A stretch of 64,000 nt of DNA from Planctomycetota bacterium (GTDB lineage: Bacteria; Planctomycetota; UBA8108; SXIK01): assembly GCA_965223265.1 (NCBI GenBank), contig OZ244999.1:2688001-2752000 (forward strand), written 5' to 3'. Shown here piece by piece: positions 1-10,377 of this stretch. Position 1 is the stretch's first letter; every line of letters begins with the position of its first letter. The notes beneath the pieces were generated by a model. It did not search any database. It was not told the origin of the DNA and worked only from the letters and a program-made list of their open reading frames with translations. The position numbers were made by a program, and so were the translations under genes.

Positions 1-242
1 ATTCTCCGTCGTCTGCAAACAGGTGCCAAGAACGGTCTTGGCGTGTCGCTGCCGGCTCAGTGCCACGCGGCGCACAGCGCGGCGGCAGTGGTGAAAAATG
101 TTGGGATTTTGCGTCAATCGGGCGCCCTTTCGGGACTCACAAGGGTAGTTGCGTTACGATGGCGTGTTCCGACGGCCTGATGGTCCCTCCATCCTACGCT
201 ACACTGGTTGCAAGACACGTCTCCGCAGTCGAGAGGATCAAA

Positions 243-3200
243 ATGCGATCACCGAAAAGAGACCTCACATTTCGATTTCTCGCGTTCGTCTTGCTCATGC
301 TCGCCCACGCCTCCACGGTGGTCGGCAACGTCGTGATCACGGAGATTCACTACGAACCGGAGGACATCACCGAGCCATCCGAATTCATCGAGATTTATAA
401 CTCCGGAGGCGAGGCCGTCGACCTGGGCGGTTGGTCGTTTGCTGACGGCATCCTCTACGACTTTCCTGATGCGACCATGCTGCCCGCGGCTGGATATCTC
501 GTGCTAGCGAGTGAGCCGACGGTGGTCGCAGAGAAGTACGGCATCAGCGTTCTCGGCTCTTACGACGGCAAGCTGTCGAATCAAGGGGAAGAAATCGTAC
601 TCGTGAACGCAGCGAGGGAGGAAGTCGATCGCGTCGACTATCGAATCGGCTTTCCCTGGCCGATCGCCGCCGCCGGTGGAGGCAGTTCAATGGGGCTCAT
701 CCACCCGCTGCTCGACAACGACCTCGGCGGCAGTTGGCGCTCCGAGACGCCGACGCCTGGCGCGCAGAACTCCGTTTTCGCAGCGAACGCGCCGCCGCAG
801 ATCCGTCAAGTGCGCCATGCACCACAGCAGCCGCGCGCCGACGAAGAGATCACGATCACGGCGAAGGTCACCGACCCTGACGGCGTCGCCGCTGTGAGCG
901 TTTTGTATCAGATCGTTTCGCCCGGCGATTACATTCCCGCGTTGTTGCCGCACTCCCGCGCGATTCATTTCCGCGATCCCTCGACGCCGCAGGAGCCAAA
1001 TCCGGATTTCGAAGATCCGGCGAACTGGACGCGCCTCTCAATGACCGACGACGGCTCCGGAGGAGACGAAGTCGCCAGCGACGATGTCTTCACGGCGAAG
1101 CTGCCTGCGCAGCCGAATCGTACTCTCGTGCGTTACCGCATCGAGTCGGGCGATCGCGCCGAAGCGGGAGGTGCCGTCGTGCTCGTCCCCTATGCAGACG
1201 ACCCCTCGCTCAACTTCGCGCTCTTTGTTTATGACGGCGTCCCTGGTTACACCCCGACCGCGCGCACTGTGCATCCCGCGGGGCTGGGGCACACCTACAG
1301 CGCCGAGTTGATGAACTCGCTGCCCGTCTATACCCTGATCACGCGCGCGACCGATTTGGAGCGCTGCGTCGCTTACGACGGCACCTTCCAAATCGACCGC
1401 TCGAACAAAGCAGCGCGGAGCTACTTCAACTGGGAAGGCGCGTTTGTCTACGACGGCGTTGTCTATGACCACGTCCGCTACCGCCTGCGCGGCCACAACA
1501 AGCGCTACCAACTGCGCATGAAACGCAGTATGCGTTTCCGATTCAACAAGGGGCACTTCTTTCAGGCTCGTGATCAACGCGGCGAGGAGTATCCCACCGA
1601 GTGGCGGACGCTGCTGACCGGGAAGATGTTCGGCCCCCGGGACGTGGGCGGCTTTGGCGTCACCGAGACGATGAACAACTTTCTGTGGGACCTTCTCGGT
1701 GTGCCGGCGCCGTTCGTGCACACGTTTCACTTTCGCGTCATCGATGGCGCCGAGGAAGCGCCGACGGGCGAGTCGGGGCAGTACACCGGCGACTTCTGGG
1801 GCATGTTTCTCGCCATCGAGGACTATGACGTCCGGTTCTTGAGAGCGCGCGACTTGCCGCGTGGAAATCTCTACAAGCTCAAGGACCGTGAACTTGACGG
1901 TGGGGAGCAGCAGCGCTACCAGGCGGCAGACGCGGTCGCTGCAGCCGAGGACTACGACACCATCGTCGCCGAGCTTCATCCAACGCAGGACGTCGACTGG
2001 CTCGAGCGTCACGTCGACTGGGAACAGTTCTTTCACTACCACACGGTCGTGCAAGCGATCCGTCACTACGATCACGGCGTCTTCCCGACCCGGGAGAACA
2101 GCTTCCCACCGGTCGACACTCCGGCGCTGAAGAACGCCGCTTGGTACTTCGCGCCAAGCGACGACAACCCGCTCGGTAAACTGTGGATCTTGCCTTTCGA
2201 TACGGACCAGTCGTGGGGACCGAACGGCTCGCACCAAGGTTGGGACATGCCGTCGTACGCCATGATCGCGCCGCGTAACGACACTGACTACGAAGGCGAC
2301 GCGGAGCGGCAAAAGTCCGAGCTCTACGTGCGCTATCGCAACGTGCTGCGGGAGTTCCGCGACCTCGTCTGGAATGAAGAGACGCTGAACCCGATGATCG
2401 ACCGCTACGCCGCAGTCGCCGCCGAGTTTTCACCGGCTGATCGCGACCGCTGGAAGGACCATCCACTCACTGGCGGTGAGTTGAGCGATTTTGGTGCGCT
2501 CGAAGACCGCGTCGCCGACATGAAGGTGTACGCTTTCGAAGGTGGCTCGCACTGGCCGGTTCTCGGCCGCGAGACATCGCCTGTTGCACCGGGAGGACGC
2601 GCGATCGAGCTCGATGCGCGTGCGAACGTGCGAGAAGACGAGACGAGCATTCCAGGGACACCGACCGTGACTTATGTCGGCGATGCCGAGTTCTCGATCC
2701 GCGGCCTGACGTTTGAAACCACGCCGTTCGACGATCCCCAGGGCGCACAGACGTTTGCCGCACTCAAGTGGCGGGTCGGCGAAGTCACCGATGTGAGCGC
2801 GCCAGCGTATGATCCTGCGGCGCTGCCGATCTACGAGTGGACCGAGGTGTGGACAAGCGGTGAGCTGACAGACTTCGCAGCGCAAGTGACAGTGCCGCCC
2901 GGCGCCGTCCAGGTGGGGCGTTCCTATCGACTGCGCGCGCGCATGAAGGACGACTCCGGTCGTTGGGGGCACTGGTCGGCACCAGTGAGCTTTGTGCCGA
3001 CGCTCGAGGAGACGGAGACGCCTGGAGACGTCATCATCAGCGAGTTCTTCGCCGACGCCCAGGGAAGTGACGACGGCAAGGAGTGGATCGAGCTGTTCAA
3101 CACCACGGACGCTGCGATCGACCTCACGGGCTGGGTCCTGCGGGACAACGGCGAGGATGCGCACTCAGTGGGCGGCGATGGGCCCGTGATCATCGGCCCC

Positions 3201-3851
3201 AAGGGCTACTTGGTGCTTGGCGAGTCGCTGGACGCGGAAGTCAACGGCGGCATCGCGATCGACTACGCCTTCGGCGACGACATCACGCTTGGCAACAGCG
3301 CCGACGAGATCATCCTCATGCAAGGGCAATCGGTAATCCATTCGCTCGGCTATGGGGAGTTCTCATCCGCCCCAATGGCGATCGTCACCGATGTCGGCGC
3401 CGAGCCGGAACGCGGTGCGGCGCTTGGAATGGGGATGGACTACTGCGCGGGTCCGGTGGGGGTGTGGGAGAATCAAACGTCGTCATCATCATCGTCAACA
3501 TCCCCGGGGACGGTGCCTGCCACGGGAACTCCGGGCGCCGACAACGACGGTGTGGCGGTGTGCGTCACGGGTGGTACCGTGTTCATGCGCGGTGACGTCA
3601 ACTCCGACTTGATCGTGAACTTGTCAGACGCCGTGGCGATCGTGGAGTTCCTCTTCCGCAGCGGCGCTGAGCCGACCTGCATGAAGACCGCGGACGCCGA
3701 CGATGACGGCAAGCTCGATGCCGCGGACGTCATGCGCGTCTTGGGCTACCTCTTCATCAGCGACGGGCCGCTGCCCGAGCCGGCCGAGTGTTCCCTCGAT
3801 CCGACCGCGGACGACCTCAGCTGCCGGGAGTATCCCATCTGCGAAGGATAG
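243..3851 (+). CDS. Secreted lamin-tail-domain / CotH kinase family protein with C-terminal dockerin-like domain
   Basis: Signal-like N-terminus from ATG 243 (the track ORF opens at 60). LTD motifs 'VVITEIHY...EFIEIYN...VDLGGWSF' and 'VIISEFFAD...EWIELFN'. CotH-like core ('RLRG', 'G.FLAIED', 'LPFDTD.SWG'). C-terminal 'FMRGDVNSD..VNLSDA...C...ADADDDG..DAAD'. Confidence 0.8.
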   Translation: MRSPKRDLTFRFLAFVLLMLAHASTVVGNVVITEIHYEPEDITEPSEFIEIYNSGGEAVDLGGWSFADGILYDFPDATMLPAAGYLVLASEPTVVAEKYGISVLGSYDGKLSNQGEEIVLVNAAREEVDRVDYRIGFPWPIAAAGGGSSMGLIHPLLDNDLGGSWRSETPTPGAQNSVFAANAPPQIRQVRHAPQQPRADEEITITAKVTDPDGVAAVSVLYQIVSPGDYIPALLPHSRAIHFRDPSTPQEPNPDFEDPANWTRLSMTDDGSGGDEVASDDVFTAKLPAQPNRTLVRYRIESGDRAEAGGAVVLVPYADDPSLNFALFVYDGVPGYTPTARTVHPAGLGHTYSAELMNSLPVYTLITRATDLERCVAYDGTFQIDRSNKAARSYFNWEGAFVYDGVVYDHVRYRLRGHNKRYQLRMKRSMRFRFNKGHFFQARDQRGEEYPTEWRTLLTGKMFGPRDVGGFGVTETMNNFLWDLLGVPAPFVHTFHFRVIDGAEEAPTGESGQYTGDFWGMFLAIEDYDVRFLRARDLPRGNLYKLKDRELDGGEQQRYQAADAVAAAEDYDTIVAELHPTQDVDWLERHVDWEQFFHYHTVVQAIRHYDHGVFPTRENSFPPVDTPALKNAAWYFAPSDDNPLGKLWILPFDTDQSWGPNGSHQGWDMPSYAMIAPRNDTDYEGDAERQKSELYVRYRNVLREFRDLVWNEETLNPMIDRYAAVAAEFSPADRDRWKDHPLTGGELSDFGALEDRVADMKVYAFEGGSHWPVLGRETSPVAPGGRAIELDARANVREDETSIPGTPTVTYVGDAEFSIRGLTFETTPFDDPQGAQTFAALKWRVGEVTDVSAPAYDPAALPIYEWTEVWTSGELTDFAAQVTVPPGAVQVGRSYRLRARMKDDSGRWGHWSAPVSFVPTLEETETPGDVIISEFFADAQGSDDGKEWIELFNTTDAAIDLTGWVLRDNGEDAHSVGGDGPVIIGPKGYLVLGESLDAEVNGGIAIDYAFGDDITLGNSADEIILMQGQSVIHSLGYGEFSSAPMAIVTDVGAEPERGAALGMGMDYCAGPVGVWENQTSSSSSSTSPGTVPATGTPGADNDGVAVCVTGGTVFMRGDVNSDLIVNLSDAVAIVEFLFRSGAEPTCMKTADADDDGKLDAADVMRVLGYLFISDGPLPEPAECSLDPTADDLSCREYPICEG

Positions 3852-3881
3852 GGGCGCTCTCGCACGTCGACGCCACCAGGA

Positions 3882-4073
3882 TTCACCGCAGAGAATCAAG
3901 GCGTGGGGACTCAAAAGTGCAACGCGAGCTAACAGCGCCGTTGCCTCTGCGACTCTGTGGTAGAAGTTATCAGGAAGAGTCGTTCACCGCAGAGTTCGCT
4001 GAGTGGCGCAGAGTATGGATGAGAGGTTGATCTCGCGAGGTTCACTGCGTTCCGTGGTGCACTCTGCAGTGAA
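3882..4073. repeat. Two tandem imperfect palindromic REP-like elements (TTCACCGCAGAG...CTCTG(C/T)(G/A)GT)
   Basis: TTCACCGCAGAG at 3882 and 3983, each followed by a complementary CTCTGTGGTA or CTCTGCAGTGAA arm; lies between convergent genes. A further half copy is at 27743. Confidence 0.6.
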
Positions 4074-4096
4074 TCGGTGCAGCAACGTCGATCGCT

Positions 4097-6415
4097 CTAC
4101 TCCCCGCGGATCGACCGGATGGCCTCGATCGCCGCACCGCGGACGCGTGGGTTGGGCGAGCGGAGTGCCTGCTCGATTGCTGGGAGCGCGCTGGCAGCCG
4201 TCTGTCCCTTGCGGCCGAGCGCGTGGGCAGCTACGAGCGCAACGCCTGGGAAGGTGTCGGTGACGCTTTTCGCAATCGCGCTGATGGCCGCCGCGCCGAT
4301 GGCGTCGAGTGCCATGACCGCGTGCATGCGGACGAACGGGTCGCGGTGACGTAGCTGCGCCTCGAGCGCTGGGAGCGCGGTCACAGCGGCAGGACCCATG
4401 GCACGGAGTGCGCGCAGCGCAGGAATGCGAACGCTTTCATCTTCTAAGCTGGCGACGAGCAGATCCGGAGACTCTCCCGCGAGCTCGCCTTGACTGCGGA
4501 GGGCGATCGCGCACGCTGCGGCTCTACGCTCTGCAGTCGTGCCGCGACCGAGAGCCGCAAGACATTCTCGGGCGTCCCTGCCGTCGAACTCCGTGCCCTC
4601 GAGTCCGCTTGTCGGGAGCGCGTGCGAGGGTGGGGCGGAATTCTCTTCGCCCGCCGCCGGCGGTAGCTGCTCGATCAAGCGAGCAGCGACTTCGCGGATC
4701 GTTCGATAGTGCTCCGGCGCAACGCTCGGATCGGGGTTCAGCCAGTCAAGATCCCAGAGTGTGACGAAGTCGAGGAGCACGCCGCGCAGCGCCGAGCGTT
4801 CGATCTGCTGCTTGAGGCGGCGCAGCCATACGGTTGCCTCTCTCTTTGTTTCGTTTTGCGCCGGCGCTGCCGCGACTCTCGATTCGAGAAGCTGCAGGTA
4901 GCGGTAGTCGTCGATCCCTTCGCGGCGCCCCTCGTAACCGACGCCAGGGATCGGTCCGTCAGGGCTTGGCAGGATGAAGCCCATGATCTGCTCGCGCGAT
5001 GGTCGCCGCTCATCCGGCAGATACACCGGATGCTGCCAGTTGTCTTCGCCGTGGTGGTAGGCGTACGGCACGTTGCCGTGCAGTCCGAGCCCCCAGGTGT
5101 AGAGCCCGGCGTAGTAGCGGTTGGCCATCGCGTTTGTGATCCTGAGGTCGTGAAGGTATGTCCAGACGCGTGAGCGTTGCCGCACGGCTTCGCGCACCAT
5201 TTCAGGCGTCGGGAAGCCGCCGAGCACGATCCACACGTCGTGAAGATGGCCCCAGGCCACCGCGCTGTCGCCGCCCATCGCAGCGACGCTACGGCACTGT
5301 GCTAGTCGCTTGTACTGCGCGATGTGATCCACGAACTCTTGGCTGAACTGCGGACCGGTCCATGCCGGAGGCTCGTCGCGCATGTAGAGGAGAATCTCCG
5401 GCCAGTTCTTCTCGACGGTGAGCCGCCGCAAAGTTTCGACGACGAACGGTTTGCGGGGTCCAGTTGGATTGTCCTGGACTCCGAAAACCGGGATGTCGAT
5501 GTGCGTTAGTCCCGCCGCTCGACACATCTCAAGCTGTGTTTCGAGAAACTGCTGCGGATCGATGACGCCGCGGGCGAAGTCCGCGGGGCGAAAGAGATCG
5601 CGCCACTTGACGATCCACTCCGGCGTCGGCACCTTGCCGCCATCCTGGAACGCATCCAGCCCGAAGGCGGAGAAGTACGAGATGATCTGCGCGCAGTTGT
5701 GCCCGTGCTCGGCCTGGTCGCGGAGATACATCTCCTGGTGCTTGCGGCCGTAGTAGACGGGGACACGGTCGATGCGATAGTAGCAGCCGAACGCAGCGCG
5801 CGCTCGCGGCAATGCAAACGGCCGCACGTGGACGTCGACGTTCAGGACGATCGGGTCGATACCATTCGCCGCGATGGTTATGGACGCTGTGTAGGACCCT
5901 GGCGGAACGCCGTCGCGATCACCAAACGTGATCCAAAAGGCGGCGCTGCGGCCTGGACGGATCTCGCTGATTGCGCTGCCGGGCATGACGTAGAGGGGAA
6001 GGCTCGGGCGACGGTGATCGTACACTTGTCCATGGTCGAGCATGCGCCGGCGTGCCTTGGCCTCGTAGTAGAGGTAGCCGATCTTGTGCGGTAGCACGCA
6101 GCGCACCGCGATCGTGATGTTCCTCAGTGCTTCCGGTTGCGTCGACGGCATGTAGAGTCCGAGCTGGAGTGGCTCGTATTCATTCGTAGCGAGTTGCACT
6201 ATACGCTGCGCGTCGACTTCGCCTGGAGTCGGGACGTAGTCGGCAAAACAGGGCTGTGCATGGTAGCGGCTATAGACGACAAGGGGTCGTTCGAGGCGCG
6301 CCCCGAGTGCTGGCTCGACGTTCCGCGGCGGCGCGATGAGATCGGCCGCGGAGACAATGCGTGTCGTGGCGACCAGAATGAGGATCGCGTTCAGGGCGTT
6401 GGAGGCGGTGCGCAT
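4097..6415 (-). CDS. Secreted hypothetical protein with GH123/DUF4091-like region and C-terminal HEAT repeats
   Basis: Signal peptide; 'NEYEPLQL', 'DEP' and 'EGRREGIDDYRYLQLLE' motifs typical of DUF4091/GH123-like proteins; C-terminal 'ALPALEAQLRHRDPFVRMHAVMAL' HEAT repeats. Confidence 0.6.
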   Translation of the reverse strand: MRTASNALNAILILVATTRIVSAADLIAPPRNVEPALGARLERPLVVYSRYHAQPCFADYVPTPGEVDAQRIVQLATNEYEPLQLGLYMPSTQPEALRNITIAVRCVLPHKIGYLYYEAKARRRMLDHGQVYDHRRPSLPLYVMPGSAISEIRPGRSAAFWITFGDRDGVPPGSYTASITIAANGIDPIVLNVDVHVRPFALPRARAAFGCYYRIDRVPVYYGRKHQEMYLRDQAEHGHNCAQIISYFSAFGLDAFQDGGKVPTPEWIVKWRDLFRPADFARGVIDPQQFLETQLEMCRAAGLTHIDIPVFGVQDNPTGPRKPFVVETLRRLTVEKNWPEILLYMRDEPPAWTGPQFSQEFVDHIAQYKRLAQCRSVAAMGGDSAVAWGHLHDVWIVLGGFPTPEMVREAVRQRSRVWTYLHDLRITNAMANRYYAGLYTWGLGLHGNVPYAYHHGEDNWQHPVYLPDERRPSREQIMGFILPSPDGPIPGVGYEGRREGIDDYRYLQLLESRVAAAPAQNETKREATVWLRRLKQQIERSALRGVLLDFVTLWDLDWLNPDPSVAPEHYRTIREVAARLIEQLPPAAGEENSAPPSHALPTSGLEGTEFDGRDARECLAALGRGTTAERRAAACAIALRSQGELAGESPDLLVASLEDESVRIPALRALRAMGPAAVTALPALEAQLRHRDPFVRMHAVMALDAIGAAAISAIAKSVTDTFPGVALVAAHALGRKGQTAASALPAIEQALRSPNPRVRGAAIEAIRSIRGE

Positions 6416-6541
6416 AGGTGGGTGGTCGGGTGTTGCGGGCAGCTTGTTGTTAGAGCGCTACACTGTAATCGAGGGCCCGCGGAAATGCAGCGGCAGAGAC
6501 AGACCGCGATCTGATTGCTCCCGCGCCGGTCGCTGCAACCG

Positions 6542-7294
6542 TCAAGACGATCGTGTTCGCCGAATCGGCCGCATCTGAGTCGGCAGCATGGCCTCGACTC
6601 GGTGAATCCACTGACTCCACAGACGGTGCTGCACGCGCTCACGTGCGACCTTCATATCCCACCACGAAAGCTCGTCTGCGTCATCCTCGGCAGCCATGTC
6701 GCTCTCATCTGCGGCCGCGATTTCACGGGCCATGGCGAGCGCCATTTCGATCGCTGCGCGTGCCGCTCCCTCGAGTCGACATTGGCGGCACAGCGCTGAA
6801 TAGTGGCGCAGTGCAAATGAGTACATCGGCGGATGGTTGCGCAGTCGATAGTAGATCGCCGCCAGGTGCCGTTCGCGATTGTCGCTGCGCAGGGCGATCT
6901 TGGTGATTCGCTCCAAAGCGGTGCGGGCGTGTTCACGCGCGTGTGGGTTCGGATGAGCGCGGTAACGGAGCATCACCGGCAAGGCGTCGAATGCCTCGGC
7001 TCCGATTTTCCCCAGGGCCCGAAGACTGGCTCTCAGACCGTAGCCGTCCCGCCGCCGCAGAAACGACGTGAGCCGCTCAACCGCCTCCTCGACCGGTGCG
7101 TCGACGGCATCTGCGAGCGCGCCGCCGAGCATGTCCACGGCGACGATGACTCGACCAGCATCCGGTTCGCTGGCGATCAGATCCAGGAGCGTGCGGCCAA
7201 CCTGACTCCGGTCACGCAGCGGCCGGAACATCGCACGAAGTTCGTCGAGGGAAGGCGGACGGAAGGCTTCAGAGTTCACTGTGGTCCTGCTCAC
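6542..7294 (-). CDS. Hypothetical protein with HEAT-like repeat
   Basis: 250-aa ORF containing 'RASLRALGKIGAEAFDALPVML...HPNPHAREHARTAL'. Confidence 0.55.
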   Translation of the reverse strand: MSRTTVNSEAFRPPSLDELRAMFRPLRDRSQVGRTLLDLIASEPDAGRVIVAVDMLGGALADAVDAPVEEAVERLTSFLRRRDGYGLRASLRALGKIGAEAFDALPVMLRYRAHPNPHAREHARTALERITKIALRSDNRERHLAAIYYRLRNHPPMYSFALRHYSALCRQCRLEGAARAAIEMALAMAREIAAADESDMAAEDDADELSWWDMKVARERVQHRLWSQWIHRVEAMLPTQMRPIRRTRSS

Positions 7295-7856
7295 TCTCGG
7301 AGCTTTGCGGATAGAACTTCGAGTGTGCTGGACGAAAAACTCTCAGGGCGCTATCGCCGCCATGATCGGCGGTGACATGGATGCTGAGCGGCGCAGTCTC
7401 AAGCCAAACGATCACGGGACGGTGCTGCAGCTGAGGTCTCTCCATGGCCCCGGGGAAGTAGAGCTCCGCCTGTGCGGTCACCTGATGCACGTGGAGCCTT
7501 CGAGTCGACTGCGAATGGAACACCGAGGCGAACGTCGGCGCGTCGCCGTAGCAAACCCCTCGCACGAGGAACGCTTTGAACCCGGGTGCCGCGAATTCGT
7601 TCGGCGCCAGGTGGAAAGCCTGGCGTCGTGGAATTTCAACCGAGTCGACGAACATGAGCAGCAACTCAGCGTCTGCCAATCTCGACTTGCGCACCCAGAA
7701 AAACCGCTTCGGGTCGATGGGAGACCAATCGGAGGCTTCTGGGCGCACCTCCGAAACGCTCAGCCAGCCGATCTCACGTTGGCTTGGTCCGGCGCACGAG
7801 GGCAGAAACAAGGACGACGTGAACACGAGGAAGAGCGAGGACTTCACAACCTTCAT
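7269..7856 (-). CDS. Hypothetical lipoprotein
   Basis: From ATG 7856: MKVVKSSLFLVFTSSLFLPSC (lipobox-like). The track ORF extends to 8069, but that extension looks non-coding. Confidence 0.5.
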   Translation of the reverse strand: MKVVKSSLFLVFTSSLFLPSCAGPSQREIGWLSVSEVRPEASDWSPIDPKRFFWVRKSRLADAELLLMFVDSVEIPRRQAFHLAPNEFAAPGFKAFLVRGVCYGDAPTFASVFHSQSTRRLHVHQVTAQAELYFPGAMERPQLQHRPVIVWLETAPLSIHVTADHGGDSALRVFRPAHSKFYPQSSESEQDHSEL

Positions 7857-8030
7857 GGCGTTGTACTTGGATGTGGATTCGAGACTTTGTTCGCGTCTCA
7901 CCCGCGATTCTTCGCTCGGGTGGCAATGTCCATGCTGGCTGCAACTTGAGATCTTATCATGAAGCCGTGAACGTTCGTTCGTCGGACTCTCCGAACTTTT
8001 TCGTTCAGTTCGTTGTACCTTTGGACAGAG

Positions 8031-8274
8031 ATGAACGTGATGACGAACGAAGGTGATCCAGTTCTTCAAGAGGCCCTCGCACTCTCACCCAGAAGAACGG
8101 ATCGAACTCATCGAGAAACTCACTTCCAGTCTTGACCCTGTTTCTCGCCAAAGAATCGATGATCTATGGGTCGAGGAGGCTGAAGATCGATTGTGCGCTT
8201 ACGATGAGGGAAAGATCAGGGCGATTCCAGGCGCCGGCGGCGCTCACTCCCCCGAGCGCCCGAGCACCACGTAG
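8031..8274 (+). pseudogene. Frameshifted addiction-module antitoxin component (TIGR02574-like)
   Basis: ATG 8031/8040 reads MTNEGDPVLQEALALSP. After a one-base shift at TCACCCAGAA (~8088) it continues EERIELIEKLTSSLD...IDDLWVEEAEDRLCAYDEGKIRAIPG, the family pattern. No toxin gene follows. Confidence 0.7.
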
Positions 8275-10193
8275 CCGCGCGGTTCCGTCTCCCCACTCGG
8301 CGGCCACGGCACGTAGAGGCGCTCGCCGCGGAGCGTCATCGGCAGCGACGTGCGCTCGGGATGGTCGGCGCGGCGGCCGAACCAGTCGAGCCAGACGCGA
8401 GAGTCCTTGTGGCCCCAGCGGTGTGCGTCTTCGACGACGTCGCCGCTGCGCAGCGCGATGGCTGCTGAGCGATCGCGCTTGAACTCAATCATCGTGAGCG
8501 GCAGGTTCGCAGCGGCGTCACTCTTCGCAGAAGTGGCGATCTCCTGGCCCGGATCGTTCACCATCCCTAAGGCCTCCCAGCGTCCCATGACGCGCACCGC
8601 CTGGCGCCAGTAAGCATCAGGGCCAAAGCGTTGGCGCGCTCCGGCCGCTGGTCCGTCCTGCATCGCCATGCTGAGCACCGAGATCAGTACTAGGACGACT
8701 GGTACGGACGACCACACGAGAGCGTAGCCGCGGCCGACGCGCCATCGCTGGTCGGCGCGTGTCACCTCTTCCGTCGACGGCCCCGGCACATTCGCCTGCG
8801 CTGCCGCATGCTGATGCCACAGCAGCATGAAGGTGACCGCACCGGCAAGGACAAAGAACGTCGCGTCGACGAGAGGGAAGTTCTGCACGCGCGCTCCCGG
8901 AAGGTGCTGCAAGAGTCCACCGACGGCGACGACCCACAGGAGAAGGATCAACGCCACCGTGCCCTTAGCGTAGGCGCCGCTTGGCAAGAGGGTGAGCGTG
9001 CCGCGCCAGTACTGGGCCAGAATGTAGAGTGCGAGTGCGGTGAGCAGCAGGCCGCCAGCTGTGAACCAGACCCACGGCATGAGTCCAGCGACCGGCTGGT
9101 TGGGCACCGCGTCGTAGCGGTGCAGCCACGCTATCGGCGCCCGGCGCAGGTTCATCCACATGAGGGCGATGAGAACGACGAAGGCGGCGAAGACATCGAG
9201 ACGCCGCCGCGGCGTGTCCTCGGGCGCCGCTGCCAGTCCGCCGTGCGCAAGTCGCACGACGCCGAGCGCGATCGCGACGCCCATGAAGAGTCCGAAGCTC
9301 TCTTCGGCGATCTTCCAGTGCATCCTTCCTCCCCAGGCTTCGAAAGGACCCCAAAGAACGCGCACCGGGTGGCGCACGAACACGGCGACAGCGAAGGCAA
9401 GCCCGCCACCGACGACGCCGTAGAGACACAGCATGAGCGCAGCTCGATTCCCATGCCGTTTCAAGTAGAGCGCGACGGCAACGAGAATGCCGAGGACACC
9501 GCCCCAGCCTTCGTTGCGGTAGGGGGGAGCCAAGTTGAGGCCACCGAACTTGGTCAGGCCGAGGTAGCCGATCCACCAAAAGAGTGCGCACGAAAAGAAG
9601 AGTCCGGCTTCGGCGCGCTCTCGTGGTCTCAGTAGCATGTGAAGTCCCGCAACGACGGCCACCGTGATGGTGGGAAACCAGTCGGCGTCGTGAAAGTGCT
9701 GCGCGGTGAGACGGTCGTATCGGTCATGCACCTCGGGGAAGAAGAAAAAGACGCCGTAGGTGGCAAGAAAGACGCCCGAGATGGCGACAAACGGCGGTAC
9801 GAAACGTTCGAGGTGCGAGCGCGGAAGCGTCAGCGCCAGGCCGAGCACACCGCCACCGATGCCTGCCCAGATGCCGCCAAGAAGAAACAGACATGAATAA
9901 CCGTAGACGACGTCGAGGAACGAGTCGGTCACCGTATAGAACGTCTGTTCCATGTAGCTGAACGAACCACCCCATGCCCAGCCCACGGCACCGAAGAGCC
10001 CAGCGACGAGCGAGCGGCGGTGCCAGTCGGAGCGCATCGAGCCGAGACAGACGGCGAGCCCTAGCATCGCGCCTGGCACCATCGCACCGCCTTCGTGCCC
10101 GACGATACCGCGATAGCCCCAGCCATACGCCATGACGAGCCCGGCGAGGGTGCAGAGAAAGAAGGTGCTGGTCGATGGTTTGTTGTCAGTCAT
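8244..10193 (-). CDS. Conserved-looking polytopic membrane protein, unknown function
   Basis: 649 aa with many hydrophobic segments; N-terminal 'GWGYRG..GHEGGAMVPGA' and 'GWAWGGSFSY'. Confidence 0.7.
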   Translation of the reverse strand: MTDNKPSTSTFFLCTLAGLVMAYGWGYRGIVGHEGGAMVPGAMLGLAVCLGSMRSDWHRRSLVAGLFGAVGWAWGGSFSYMEQTFYTVTDSFLDVVYGYSCLFLLGGIWAGIGGGVLGLALTLPRSHLERFVPPFVAISGVFLATYGVFFFFPEVHDRYDRLTAQHFHDADWFPTITVAVVAGLHMLLRPRERAEAGLFFSCALFWWIGYLGLTKFGGLNLAPPYRNEGWGGVLGILVAVALYLKRHGNRAALMLCLYGVVGGGLAFAVAVFVRHPVRVLWGPFEAWGGRMHWKIAEESFGLFMGVAIALGVVRLAHGGLAAAPEDTPRRRLDVFAAFVVLIALMWMNLRRAPIAWLHRYDAVPNQPVAGLMPWVWFTAGGLLLTALALYILAQYWRGTLTLLPSGAYAKGTVALILLLWVVAVGGLLQHLPGARVQNFPLVDATFFVLAGAVTFMLLWHQHAAAQANVPGPSTEEVTRADQRWRVGRGYALVWSSVPVVLVLISVLSMAMQDGPAAGARQRFGPDAYWRQAVRVMGRWEALGMVNDPGQEIATSAKSDAAANLPLTMIEFKRDRSAAIALRSGDVVEDAHRWGHKDSRVWLDWFGRRADHPERTSLPMTLRGERLYVPWPPSGETEPRGYVVLGRSGE

Positions 10194-10377
10194 CCGTTCT
10201 CACCCGATGTCAGTGCTTGCACTCGCGGAATCTGTTGGCCGTGGTTTTTGCTTCCACAAAACATGCCGCGCGGTCGAAGACACCGTGGGATCTTATATGA
10301 GTCACGATTTCCACCGCAGTGATCGAGTCCCAAACCACGTGTGCTGGCCGCAAACGAGTAGACCCCCCGCCGAGCGC

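Noticed and set aside
3478-3502. TCA/TCG microsatellite (poly-Ser) as a phase-variation tract
   Set aside because: Trinucleotide and imperfect, so slippage would keep the frame; likely just a linker.
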